Under the pieces are notes generated by a model. It saw only the letters and a list, made by a program, of their open reading frames with translations. It made no database searches and had not been told where the DNA came from. DNA of 64,000 nt from the NCBI RefSeq assembly GCF_039654945.1, contig NW_027362112.1:558001-622000 (forward strand), written 5' to 3'. The stretch comes from Dendrobates tinctorius. Taxonomy: Eukaryota. Below are positions 12,177 through 24,000 of the stretch, one piece after another (position 1 is the stretch's first letter; each line of letters begins with the position of its first letter). Position numbers and translations under genes: made by a program.

Positions 12177-12819
12177 GTGAGACGGCCGCCCACCCGCCAA
12201 TCTCACCAGGGTTTGGCATGTACAGAGACCCTATTCACACACACTTACGTCACTGATCAGCCAATGGTGGAAACAACCACTGGATCCTCCAGTCCACTGT
12301 ATCAGCCTGGTGCAGAAATCCCGGCAGCTTCGTCCTCGGCTGCGATCAGGGGTTATTAATGGTTGTCGGAGGTAGGAAATGAGGATCCGCTGCCGGCAGC
12401 TCCTGAGTAATCACCGACCAATGAAGTCCCCGATGGAGACAAGTCTAGAGATGGTGCAGCCATGGGAGCAGGTATAGGCCATGCAGACGCTTACAGTAGT
12501 GCGAGGAACATGCGACCTGGGGATGTTGTGTTGAAGGGAAGCTCCTGGGCAACTTCATTTTCCCTTGTGAAGCATCTTCATGGCGCTCCCCATGTGACCT
12601 CCAGACCAAACTCCGGCCATCACTGCGTCCAAGACAGAAGCCAGAGTAATAGTAGAGGACAGACATGTATTCCAGCCTTCACGGCTGCCTTGCTCTGAAC
12701 CATGATGTCCTTTGAGAGCGGTGACATGAGATGATAGAGCACCTTAGTCGGATGTCTGGCTCATAGCTCAGTGTGGTATGCATGGCTCCTTATGGTTGTG
12801 TTGACTGAGTGACCTTCGC

Positions 12820-13225
12820 GGCTCGATGTGTGACATCTGAGGCCTGAGGCTTGGTTTGCAACGTTTGAGACTCGGTGTACGATGTCTGAGGCCCAGTGAG
12901 CAACATCTGAGGTTCAGTGTGCGATGTCTGAGGCCTGAGGCTGTGTGCAAGACAATAGGCTCGCGTGACATCTGAGGCTCAGTGTGCAACATTTTAGGCT
13001 CGGTGTGCGACGTCTGAGGCTCAGTGTGCGACGACTGAGGCTCGTTGTGTGACGTCTGAGGCTCGCTGTGCGACGTCAGGCCTGAGGCTCAGTGTGCAAC
13101 ATTTTAGGCTCGGTGTGCGAGGCCTGAGGCTCGTTGTGCGACGTCTGAGGCTCATTGAGCAACATTTTAGGCTAGGTGTGTGACGTCTGAGGCCTGAGGC
13201 TCGGTGTGTGAAGTCTGAGGCCTGG
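12820..13225. repeat. Degenerate ~21-28-bp tandem repeat (gcgacgtctgaggctcagtgt-type), PRSS54 intron
   Basis: Recurrent ctgaggctc and caacattttaggct modules. Confidence 0.8.
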
Positions 13226-13724
13226 CGAGTGACATCCAATATCACTTTCTGTAATAAAGGAGCACCATTCTTATCTGATGTGATGCGACCACGTAGGCAA
13301 CAACATGAAGCTTCACGAGTGACCGTCACACCAGTCCTGCACCTGGGATTATGAGGGAGACATTGTCTGGTAGCCGGACCCCTCTACTTCTCACTCCAGG
13401 TCACTAACAGCTCGAGGTGACTGAGTGGTGCTGGATCCAGTGGTCCGGCCATTTCACTGGTGTCCCAACACACAGGTCACGTGTTCCTTGTCTTACTGTG
13501 ACCACCTGCGTGGCCTAAACCTGCTGCCGTGACTGCAGCATCTCCGGCCGTGGTCTCCATTGAGCACGTCATTGGTCGGTGACCACACAGGAGCTGCTGA
13601 GGATTTCCTTCCTCAGACGACCATTAATGACCTCAGTGACAGCAGCCGAGGCTGGAGGTGCCGAGATTTCTGCACAAGGCTCAGACTCGGGTCTGGATGT
13701 ATACATATATCCCTCTGTTCTTAG

Positions 13725-13987
13725 GAAAGATCTCACTGTGCTGGTGGGAAGCTCAAAGCTGGACACGATGTATCCCCCCCGCCGTGCGTCCTACACCATC
13801 CATAAGGTGATCGTACACGAAAAATTCAACAAGATTCCTCTCAGCAATGACCTGATGCTGCTCATGACCAGGGACAAGATCCGTTTTGGACGTGGAGTTC
13901 AACCCATTCGTTTCCCAAATTTGTACCTTGGCATTTCTGACCTCAATAACTGCTCAGTGTCAGGATGGACACGTCCAGAGAACACAG
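13725..13987 (+). CDS. PRSS54: PRSS54 exon (KDLTVLVG...IVHEKF...NDLMLL...VQPI...CSVSGW)
   Basis: Trypsin-like middle segment. ttag acceptor, G|GTGAGA donor, 263 nt, phases 2/1. Confidence 0.9.
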
Positions 13988-14159
13988 GTGAGAGGGCGAC
14001 AGAGGGTCTGCCCTGACAGGGGGGTCTGCACAGCCAGCACAGAGGTGTCCACACTTGACCAGGGAACACCTCGTACCAATCTGCCCAGCAGCATATGATG
14101 GCAGCCAGCCATGATACAGTGGAGCTAGGCTTATCCTCGCGAGTCCTGCTGGCTTATTA

Positions 14160-17100
14160 GATGCTCGGGATCTCTGTACTTCCATATGACAGGTCGCCTG
14201 GGATCTCTGCGCTTCTTTCCAGCAGGATGCTTGAGATCTCTGTGCTTCTATGTGAGAGGACGTCTGTGTTCTCTGCGCTACTCGCCAGCAGGATGCATGG
14301 GATCTCTGTGCTTCTATCTGACAGTACTCCTGGGATCTCTTTGCTCTTCTCCAGTGGTTGCTTGAGATTTCTGGGCGTCTATCTGATGATACCGGAGATC
14401 TCTGCTCCTCTCTAGTAGGATGCTCTGGATCTCTGTGCTTCCATCTGAAAGGAGGCCTGGGATCGCTGCGCTTCTCTCTCGGAGGATGCTCAGGATCTCT
14501 GCTTCCATGTGACAGGGCACCTGGAATCTCTGTGCTTCTCTCTCGGAGGATGCTCAGGATTCTCTGCTTCCATGTGACAGGGCACCTGGTGTCTCTGTGC
14601 TTCTCTCTCTGAGGATGCTCAGGAGTCTCTGCTTCCATGTGACATGGCACCTGGGGTCTCTGTGCTTCTCTCTCGGAGGATGCTCAGGATCTCTGCTTCC
14701 ATGTGACAGGGCACCTGGGGTCTCTGTGCTTCTCTCTCGGAGGATGCTCAGGATCTCTGCTTCCATGTGACAGGGCACCTGGGATCTCTGTGCTTCTCTC
14801 TCGGAGGATGCTCAGGATCTCTGCTTCCATGTGACAGGGCACCTGGGATCTCTGTGCTTCTCTCTAGGAGGATGCTCAGGATCTCTGTGCTTCCATGTAA
14901 TAGGGCGCTTGGGATCTCTGCGCTTCTCTCTAGGAGGATGCTTGGGATCTATGTGCTTCCATCTGACAGGATGCATGGGATCTCTGCACTTCTCTCTAGG
15001 AGGAGGATGCTCAGGATCTCTGTGCTTCCATGTAATAGGGCGCCTGGGATCTCTGTGCTTCTCTCTAGGATGCTCGGGATCTATGTGCTTCCATGTGACA
15101 GGGCGCCTGGGATCTCTGTGCTTCTCTCTAGGAGGATGCTTGGGATATATGTGCTTCCATGTGACAGGGCACCTGGGTTCTCGGTGCTTCTCTCTAGGAG
15201 GATGCTCGGGATCTATGTGCTTCCATGTGACAGGGAGCCTGGGATCTCTGTGCTTCTCTCTAGGAGGATGCTCGGGATCTATGTGCTTCCATGTGACAGG
15301 GCGCCTGGGATCTCTGTGCTTCTCTCTAGGAGGATGCTCGGGATCTATGTGCTTCCATGTGACAGGGCGCCTGGGATCTCTGTGCTTCTCTCTAGGAGGA
15401 TGCTCGGGATCTATGTGCTTCCATGTAACAGGGCGCCTGGGATCTCTGTGCTTCTCTCTAGGAGGATGCTCGGGATCTATGTGCTTCCATGTGACAGGGC
15501 GCCTGGGATCTCTGGGCTTCTCTCTAGGAGGATGCTCGGGATCTATGTGCTTCCATGTGACAGGGCGCCTGGGATCTCTGTGCTTCTCTCTAGGAGGATG
15601 CTCGGGATCTATGTGCTTCCATGTGACAGGGCGCCTGGGATCTCTGTGCTTCTCTCTAGGAGGATGCTCGGGATCTATGTGCTTCCATGTGACAGGGCAC
15701 CTGGGATCTCTGGGCTTCTCTCTAGGAGGATGCTCGTGATCTATGTGCTTCCATGTGACAGGGCACCTGGGATCTCTGGGCTTCTCTCTAGGAGGATGCT
15801 CGGGATCTATGTGCTTCCATGTGACAGAGCGCCTGGGATCTCTGTGCTTCTCTCTAGGAGGATGCTCGGGATCTATGTGCTTCCATGTGACAGGGCGCCT
15901 GGGATCTCTTTGCTTCTCTAGGAGGATGCTCGGGATCTATGTGCTTCCATGTGACAGGGCACCTGGGATCTCTGTGCTTCTCTCTAGGAGGATGCTCAGG
16001 ATCTATGTGCTTCCATGTGACAGGGCACCTGGGATCTCTGTGCTTCTCTCTAGGAGGATGCTCAGGATCTATGTGCTTCCATGTGACAGGGCACCTGGGA
16101 TCTCTGTGCTTCTCTCTAGGAGGATGCTCAGGATCTATGTGCTTCCATGTGACAGGGCACCTGGGATCTCTGGGCTTCTCTCTAGGAGGATGCTCGTGAT
16201 CTATGTGCTTCCATGTGACAGGGCACCTGGGATCTCTGGGCTTCTCTCTAGGAGGATGCTCGGGATCTATGTGCTTCCATGTGACAGAGCGCCTGGGATC
16301 TCTGTGCTTCTCTCTAGGAGGATGCTCGGGATCTATGTGCTTCCATGTGACAGGGCGCCTGGGATCTCTTTGCTTCTCTAGGAGGATGCTCGGGATCTAT
16401 GTGCTTCCATGTGACAGGGCACCTGGGATCTCTGTGCTTCTCTCTAGGAGGATGCTCAGGATCTATGTGCTTCCATGTGACAGGGCACCTGGGATCTCTG
16501 TGCTTCTCTCTAGGAGGATGCTCGGGATCTATGTGCTTCCATCTGACAGGATGCCTGGGATCTCTGCACTTCTCTCCAGGAAGAGGATGCTCAGGATCTC
16601 TGTGCTTCCGTGTAATAGGGCGCCTAGGATCTCTGTGCTTCTCTCTAGGAGGATGCTCGCGATCTATGTGCTTCCATGTGACAGGGCAACTGGGATCTCT
16701 GTGCTTCTCTCTCGGAGGATGCTCAGGATCTCTGCTTCCATGTGACAGGGCACCTGGGATCGCTGTGCTTCTCTCAAGGAGGATGCTCGGGATCTATGTG
16801 CTTCCATGTGACAGGGCGCCTGGGATCTCTGTGCTTCTCTCTAGGAGGATGCTCGAGATCTATGTGCTTCCATGTGACAGGGCGCCTGGGATCTCTGTGC
16901 TTCTCTCTAGGAGGATGCTCGGGATCTATGTGCTTCCATGTGACAGGGCGCCTGGGATCTCTGTGCTTCTCTCTAGGAGGATGCTCGGGATCTATGTGCT
17001 TCCATGTGACAGGGCACCTGGGATCTCTGTGCTTCTCTCTAGGAGGATGCTCAGGATCTATGTGCTTCCATGTGACAGGGCACCTGGGATCTCTGTGCTT

Positions 17101-17971
17101 CTCTCTAGGAGGAGGATGCTCAGGATCTATGTGCTTCCATGTGACAGGGCGCCTGGGATCTATGTGCTTCTCTAGGAGGATGCTCGGGATCTATGTGCTT
17201 ACATGTGACAGGGCACCTGGGATCTCTGTGCTTCTCTCTAGGAGGATGCTCGGGATCTATGTGCTTCCATGTGACAGGGCGCCTGGGATCTCTGTGCTTC
17301 TCTCTAGGAGGATGCTCGAGATCTATGTGCTACCATGTAATAGGGCGCCTGGGATCTCTGAGCTTCTCTCTAGGAGGATGCTCGAGATCTATGTGCTTCC
17401 ATGTGACAGTGCACCTGCGATCTCTGTGCTTCTCTCTAGGATGCTAGGGATCTATGTGCTTCCATGTGACAGGGCACCTGGGATCTCTGTGCTTCTCTCT
17501 AGGATGCTAAGGATCTATGTGCTTCCATGTGACAGGGCACCTGGGATCTCTGTGCTTCTCTCTGGGAGGATGCTCGGGATCTATGTGCTTCCATGTGACA
17601 AGGCACCTGGGATCTCTGTGCTTATCTCTAGGAGGATGCTAGGGATCTATGTGCTTCCATGTGACAGGGCACCTGGGATCTCTGTGCTTCTCTCTAGGAG
17701 GATGCTCGGGATCTATGGGCTTCCATGTGACAGGGCGCTTGGGATCTCTGTGCTACTCTCTAGGAGGATGCTCGGGATCTATGTGCTTCCATGTGACAGG
17801 GCGCCTGGGATCTCTGCACTCCTCTCCAACAGGACGTTCAGGATCACCCATCTCACCTCTGTCTGGACGCTTGGGATCACTGTTCTCCCCTCTGACTGGA
17901 TTCTCAGGATCACCCCTCTTGCTTGATAGGACACTCAGGATCACCGCTCTCCCCTCTGACTGGATCCTCAG
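14160..17971. repeat. 66-bp minisatellite made of two related 33-bp subunits, PRSS54 intron
   Basis: ggatctctgtgcttctctctaggaggatgctcg + ggatctatgtgcttccatgtgacagggcgcctg. Degenerate 33-mers at both edges. Confidence 0.95.
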
Positions 17972-18084
17972 GCTCAACGTCTTGGTGCAGACTGTCTGTG
18001 GAGAACATGACCCCTTGCCCTCTACGAAGGACAGTGTCGACTGAATGCTGCATCCATCGAGGGCTCCATGTTCCTGGCTGTTTG
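17972..18084 (+). CDS. PRSS54: PRSS54 exon (STSWCRLSVENMTPCPLRRTVSTECCIHRGLHVPGCL)
   Basis: CPL...TEC...CL pattern as in PRSS54. cctcag acceptor, GTAAG donor, phases 1/0. Confidence 0.82.
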
Positions 18085-18156
18085 GTAAGCTATCTGTGAC
18101 CAGGTGCAGAGCATGGTGGATGGATGTAATGTTCCCCGTGTGTGCTTCCTCTGCAG

Positions 18157-18498
18157 GGGACCGGTGGCAGCCCGATGTCATGTCAGGTGAAGGATCAATG
18201 GCTGCTGGCTGGAGTCCTCTCTGGCGCAGGGATGAGGCCCTACCTTCCAGTCCTCTACACTCGGACCTCGTATTACGGTCACTGGATCTCATCTCGTACT
18301 GCGCAGGCAGGGCGGCCGTTCATTCCTACCATCAATACCGTGGCTCTCCAGCAGCACCATCTCCGAGCTGCAGTCAAGGAGAGAACAGAAGAGCTGCTGT
18401 ACGATTATTACAGTGAAATGGAGCCCCCCAAGGCTGCTGGCTGCTCCTTCCGGGCCAACGGCCTTCTCATTCTCTGCATCATTTTCATCACGTTGTGA
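18157..18498 (+). CDS. PRSS54: PRSS54 last coding exon (GTGGSPMSCQ...LYTR...WIS...LLYDYYSE...hydrophobic tail)
   Basis: Degenerate GDSGGP motif (GTGGSP), PRSS54-like YDYY motif and hydrophobic C-terminus. ctgcag acceptor. Synteny between GINS3 and CCDC113. Confidence 0.88.
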   Translation, partial: GTGGSPMSCQVKDQWLLAGVLSGAGMRPYLPVLYTRTSYYGHWISSRTAQAGRPFIPTINTVALQQHHLRAAVKERTEELLYDYYSEMEPPKAAGCSFRANGLLILCIIFITL

Positions 18499-18504
18499 AA
18501 TAAA
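18499..18504 (+). terminator. AATAAA polyadenylation signal directly after the PRSS54 stop codon
   Basis: TGA immediately followed by AATAAA. Confidence 0.6.
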
Positions 18505-19819
18505 ACAGTGGAACATGATAAGAATCTGTGCAGAGAGTTTGTCCATCCGCCACCTAGTTCTGCGCAGAAGTGTCTGGAGGGCTCGGAAAATGGGCCCCCG
18601 TGTGCCAGGATGGGCAGGAGTCCAGAGCCAGTGAAGGCGGCCAGATACTCCACACAGGTGGAGGTCAGGAACAAGATGGGCACGACCCATGACATCCACG
18701 TCACACAAAGCAGGGACTGGCACCAAACCATGCCACGTACCGGGAATGTGCCACAAACCGGTCACAAGGAGAGGCGCTTTCTGACTCTCACGACCTTGGT
18801 CAGTCAGAAGAGCAGGATGTTGTGAAAAGCAGGATCCATTACAATGGCGGTAGTCAGTGGCGGTGCGGCACTCAGCCCAAGCATTCCTCTCTAGAACGGT
18901 ACCTCCATAATGCACCATTCAATCAACATGTCACTATTTGCTGCCGGACTGACGTGGCAGATGCCATGTTACAGGCGCTACATGCCCACAGATGACGGCA
19001 TCACCAATAATTACAGACGCTCACTGCCAACAGACAGTGAGGATCTGAGCTTGTGGGTTATAATAATCACCTAGGCAGGTCAACGATGCAACTATCCATG
19101 TACAACAAATCCATGTAGACGGTCAACATACAATGTCCTCAGTCCACAAGATCCCACCCTTGGATCATAGGTTCCACTGCCCCGGTATCAGGTGACAGCC
19201 ACTGTCTCCCAACTTTTGGTGTCTCCAGTCACAGCCTATGTTCCTACAGATGATGGATATCATGACCGTATCTCATGGATCCCGTCCAGCCAACAACGAA
19301 ACTCCATAGACCACCCATCCCTGTGCTCCAGGACGTCATCCTCGATCCTTTCCCTAAGTCACTCTCCCAACTGCCTGACTAACCATGTTGCTTCATTTCC
19401 TCCCTCCTCCTTATACATTTGCTGTTATCTTGAAGAATGAAGCATATTCTGGCATCCCATCACCTGGGACTGCATCTGAGACCCCCTATAGTGACGACTC
19501 CCCCGGGTCTACAATCCCCATCCACACAATGGGCCTAGAGGCTATAAGAACAATGGAATGATGGAGTTGCTTGATTACTAATTTGGGGTCTGGTCTTTGT
19601 TTCCCTCAAGATTTAGCCTGCACGTCTTCCTCTGCTGTCACTGAACAGAAACAGTGATTTCCGAGGCTGAACTGACGAGCAAGAAAATCACTAATAAAAC
19701 ACAAGAATATTGACGCAACCGGTGCTCCGTGCTGGAAAACGTCTGCATCCCGTAGAGCCGTGGACAGCACTCTATTTGCATTGGTCAACGAGTCTTTAGT
19801 AAGTGGCCAGCTCCTCACC

Positions 19820-20350
19820 AATAATCACTGGCACATTGTGCCCGCAGACGACGGTATCACCAATCACAGACACTTTGTGCCGCCGAAGACGGTATCACCA
19901 ACAATCACCGACGCTTCGTGCCGCAGACGACGGTATCACCGACAATCACAGGCGCTTCGTGCCGCAGACGACGGTATCACCAACAATCACAGACACTTTG
20001 TGCCGCAGACGACGGTATCACCGACAATCACAGGCGCTTCGTGCCACAGACGACGGTATCACCAACAATCACAGGAGCTTCGTGCCGCAGACGACGGTAT
20101 CACCAACAATCACAGACATTTGTGCCGCAGATGACTATCACCGACAATCACAGGCGCTTCGTGCCGCAGAACACTGTATCACCAACAATCACAGGCACTT
20201 CGTGCCGCAGACGACAGTATCACCAACAATCACAGGCGCTTCGTGCCGCAGAAGACGTTATCACCAACAATCACAGTTGCTTCGTGCCGCAGACGACGGT
20301 ATCACCAATAATCAGACGCTTCGTGCCGCAGACGACGGTATCACCATTAA
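19820..20350. repeat. 41-bp minisatellite (gtgccgcagacgacggtatcaccaacaatcacaggcgcttc)n, about 13 copies, between the convergent PRSS54 and CCDC113 3' ends
   Basis: Read directly. A solitary diverged monomer lies near 18982-19021. Confidence 0.92.
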
Positions 20351-20372
20351 TCAGCCATGTAGAGAGCGCGGT

Positions 20373-20378
20373 TTTATT
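20373..20378 (-). terminator. AATAAA polyadenylation signal of CCDC113
   Basis: tttatt on + strand, about 120 nt past the stop codon. Confidence 0.6.
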
Positions 20379-20497
20379 GCTCTGCACTCCGGTTACAGAT
20401 CTTTCTGTAAAAAGTGAAATCAACTGAATTAGTAAGCGTCCACACGTCCTGGAGGCGCTGCCGTCCTCTGGTCACCCCCTGCTGGACCGTGTCTGCC

Positions 20498-20587
20498 TCA
20501 CGGCTCTCCCGATAGCTGTCCGTACTGTGGCATCAGTCTGGCAGCTTTGACTTGTTCCCAACTTCTGCGCTGAGTCCTCAGAGAAAG
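20498..20587 (-). CDS. CCDC113: CCDC113/CFAP263 exon 9 (last): LSLRTQRRSWEQVKAARLMPQYGQLSGEP*
   Basis: AG at 20588-20589, stop at 20498-20500, resembles the CCDC113 C-terminus. Confidence 0.85.
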   Translation of the reverse strand, partial: LSLRTQRRSWEQVKAARLMPQYGQLSGEP

Positions 20588-20671
20588 CTGTGTAGTCAGG
20601 GCACAGGTCAGGAGTGAGACACATCCCATCGGTAAGGCTTGGGGTCATAATGTCCCTTGTGAGCCCATTAC

Positions 20672-20827
20672 CTCAGCGATCTCCACCTTTCTCTCCCACG
20701 CTCTCACGGTCTTCTCCAGCTCCTCCTCCGCCATCTTCTCCTGCACGTACTGCAGGACGTCTGGGACGCGATAGTCGCTCAGCTGCTTCCTCAGCTTCTT
20801 GTTCAGCATTTCAGCCTTTGCTCGTTC
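20672..20827 (-). CDS. CCDC113: CCDC113 exon 8
   Basis: ERAKAEMLNKKLRKQLSDYRVPDVLQYV...WERKVEIAE. GT-AG, 156 nt. Confidence 0.94.
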
Positions 20828-20923
20828 CTGACAAAAGTAACCAGAGAGATAAAAGGGGTCACAGCTCGAAACAGGCCACCACCAGCCCACCTGTGACATC
20901 GGTCGCCACAGGATCCCGCTCAC

Positions 20924-21031
20924 CTGCTCCACCTGACTCGTCTCCAACTCAATTCTCTTCAGGATCTCAGTACGGGACGAAATCTCCTTGGTAAGACGAC
21001 CAGACTCCAGCGAGGTGTGCTGAAGCCTCTT
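20924..21031 (-). CDS. CCDC113: CCDC113 exon 7
   Basis: KRLQHTSLESGRLTKEISSRTEILKRIELETSQVEQ. GT-AG, 108 nt. Confidence 0.9.
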
Positions 21032-21089
21032 CTGTAAGAACAGGACACCATCCAGAGCGCGGTCCTAGCCTCCGCATGCGCACACCCAC

Positions 21090-24000
21090 AGCGCGGCCTC
21101 AGCCTGCCCAGATCCACACCCACAGAGCAGACTCACCCTGCCCAGACCCCCACCCACAGCGCGGGCTCACCCTGCCCAGACGTCCACCCACCCACAGCGC
21201 GGGCTCACCCTGCCCAGACCCACACCCACAGGTCGCAGTCTCACCCTGCCCAAACCGCCACCCACGGGTCGCAGTCTCACCCTGCCCAGACCGCCAACCA
21301 CGGCACGGGCTCACCCTGCTCAGACCCCCCCACCCACGGCGCTGTCTAACCCTGCCCAGACGCAGACCCCCATCCACAGCCCAGTATCACCCTGCCCAGA
21401 CGCAGACCCCCCCACCCACAGCACAGTCTCACCCTGCCAAGACGCAGACCCCCCCACCCACAGCACAGTCTCACCCTGCCAAGACGCAGACCCCCCCACC
21501 CACAGCACAGTCTCACCCCCGCCCAGACCCCCATCCACAGCAGTTTCACCCCGCCCAGACCCCCATCCACAGCACAGTCTCACCCCGCCCACACGCAGAC
21601 CCCCATCCACAGCACACTCTCACCCCGCCCACACGTAGACCCCCATCCACAGCACACTCTCACCCCGCCCACACGCAGACCCCCATCCACAGCACACTCT
21701 CACCCCGCCCACACGCAGACCCCCATCCACAGCACACTCTCACCCCGCCCACACGCAGACCCCCATCCACAGCACACTCTCACCCCGCCCACACGCAGAC
21801 CCCCATCCACAGCACACTCTCACCCCGCCCACACGCAGACCCCCATCCACCGCACACTCTCACCCCGCCCACACGCAGACCCCCATCCACAGCACACTCT
21901 CACCCCGCCCACACGCAGACCCCCATCCACAGCACACTCTCACCCTGCCCACACGCAGACCCCCATCCACAGCACACTCTCACCCCGCCCACACGCAGAC
22001 CCCCATCAACAGCACAGTCTCACCCCGCCCACACGCAGACCCCATCCACAGCACAGTCTCACCCTGCCCACACGCAGACCCCCACCCACAGCACAGTCTC
22101 ACCCCGCCCACACGCAGACCCCCATCCACAGCACGGTCTCACCCCGCCCACACGCAGACCCCTACCCACAGCACGGTCTCACCCTGCCCAGACGCAGACC
22201 ACCCCACCCACAGCACAGTCTCACCCTGCCAAGACGCAGACCCCCCCACCCACAGCACAGTCTCACCCTGCCAAGACGCAGACCCCCCCACCCACAGCAG
22301 TCTCACTCTGCCCACACGCAGACCCCATCCACAGCAGTCTCACCCCGCCCAGACCCCCATCCACAGCACAGTCTCACCCCGCCCAGACCCCCATCCACAG
22401 CACAGTCTAACCCCGCCCACACGCAGACCCCCATCCACAGCACAGTCTCACCCCGCCCACACGCAGACCCCCCATCCACAGCACAGTCTAACCCCGCCCA
22501 CACGCAGACCCCCATCCACAGCAGTCTCACCCCGCCCACACGCAGACCCCCATCCACAGCACAGTCTCACCCCGCCCACACGCAGACCCCCATCCACAGC
22601 ACAGTCTCACCCCGCCCACACGCAGACCCCCATCCACAGCACAGTCTCACCCCGCCCACACGCAGACCCCCATCCACAGCACAGTCTCACCCCGCCCACA
22701 CGCAGATCCCCACCCACAGCACAGTCTCACCCCGCCCACACGCAGATTCCCACCCACAGCAGTCTTACCCCGCCCACACGCAGACCCCCCATCCACAGCA
22801 CAGTCTCACCCCGCCCACACGCAGACCCCCATCCACAGCACAGTCTCACCCCGCCCAGACCCCCATCCACATCAGTCTCACCCCGCCCAGACCCCCATCC
22901 ACATCAGTCTCACCCCGCCCACACGCAGACCCCCATCCAAAGCACAGTCTCACCCTGCCCACACGCAGACCCCCATCCACAGCACAGTCTCACTCTGCCC
23001 ACAAGCAGACCCCCACCCACAGCACAGTCTCACCCCGCCCACACGCAGACCCCCACCCACAGCACAGTCTCACCCCGCCCACACGCAGACCCCCACCCAC
23101 AGCACAGTCTCACCCCGCCCACACGCAGACCCCCACCCACAGCACAGTCTCACCCCGCCCACACGCAGACCCCCATCCACAGCAGTCTCACCCCGCCCAC
23201 ACGCAGACCCCCATCCACAGCACAGTCTCACCCCGCCCACACGCAGACCCCCATCCACAGCACAGTCTCACCCCGCCCACACGCAGACCCCCACCCACAG
23301 CACAGTCTCACCCCGCCCAGACCCCCATCCACAGCACAGTCTCACCCCGCCCAGACCCCCATCCACAGCACAGTCTCACCCCGCCCAGACCCCCATCCAC
23401 AGTAGTCTCACCCCACCCAGACCCCCATCCACAGTAGTCTCACCCCACCCAGACCCCCATCCACAGTAGTCTCACCCCGCCCAGACCCCCATCCACAGCA
23501 CAGTCTCACCCTGCCCAGACGCAGACCCCCATCCACAGCACAGTCTCACCCTGCCCACACGCAGACCCCCATCCACAGCACAGTCTCACCCTGCCCACAC
23601 GCAGACCCCCATCCACAGCACAGTCTCACCCCGCCCACACGCAGACCCCCATCCACAGCACAGTCTCCCCTGCCCACACGCAGACCCCCATCCACAGCAC
23701 AGTCTCACCCTGCCCACACACAGACCCCCACCCACAGTACAGTCTCACCCCGCCCAGACCCCCATCCACAGCAGTCTCACCCCGCCCAGACCCCCATCCA
23801 CAGTAGTCTCACCCCGCCCAGACCCCCATCCACAGTAGTCTCACCCCGCCCAGACCCCCATCCACAGCACAGTCTCACCCTGCCCAGACGCAGACCCCCA
23901 TCCGCAGCAGTCTCACCGTGCCCACACGCAGACCCCCATCCACAGCACAGTCTCACCCCGCCCACACGCAGACCCCCATCCACAGCAGTCTCACCCCGCC

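Noticed and set aside
14767-17926. 22-aa repeat ORFs (DRAPGISVLLSRRMLGIYVLPC)n
   Set aside because: Translation of the 66-bp intronic satellite; frames switch at indels, so there is no sign of coding constraint.
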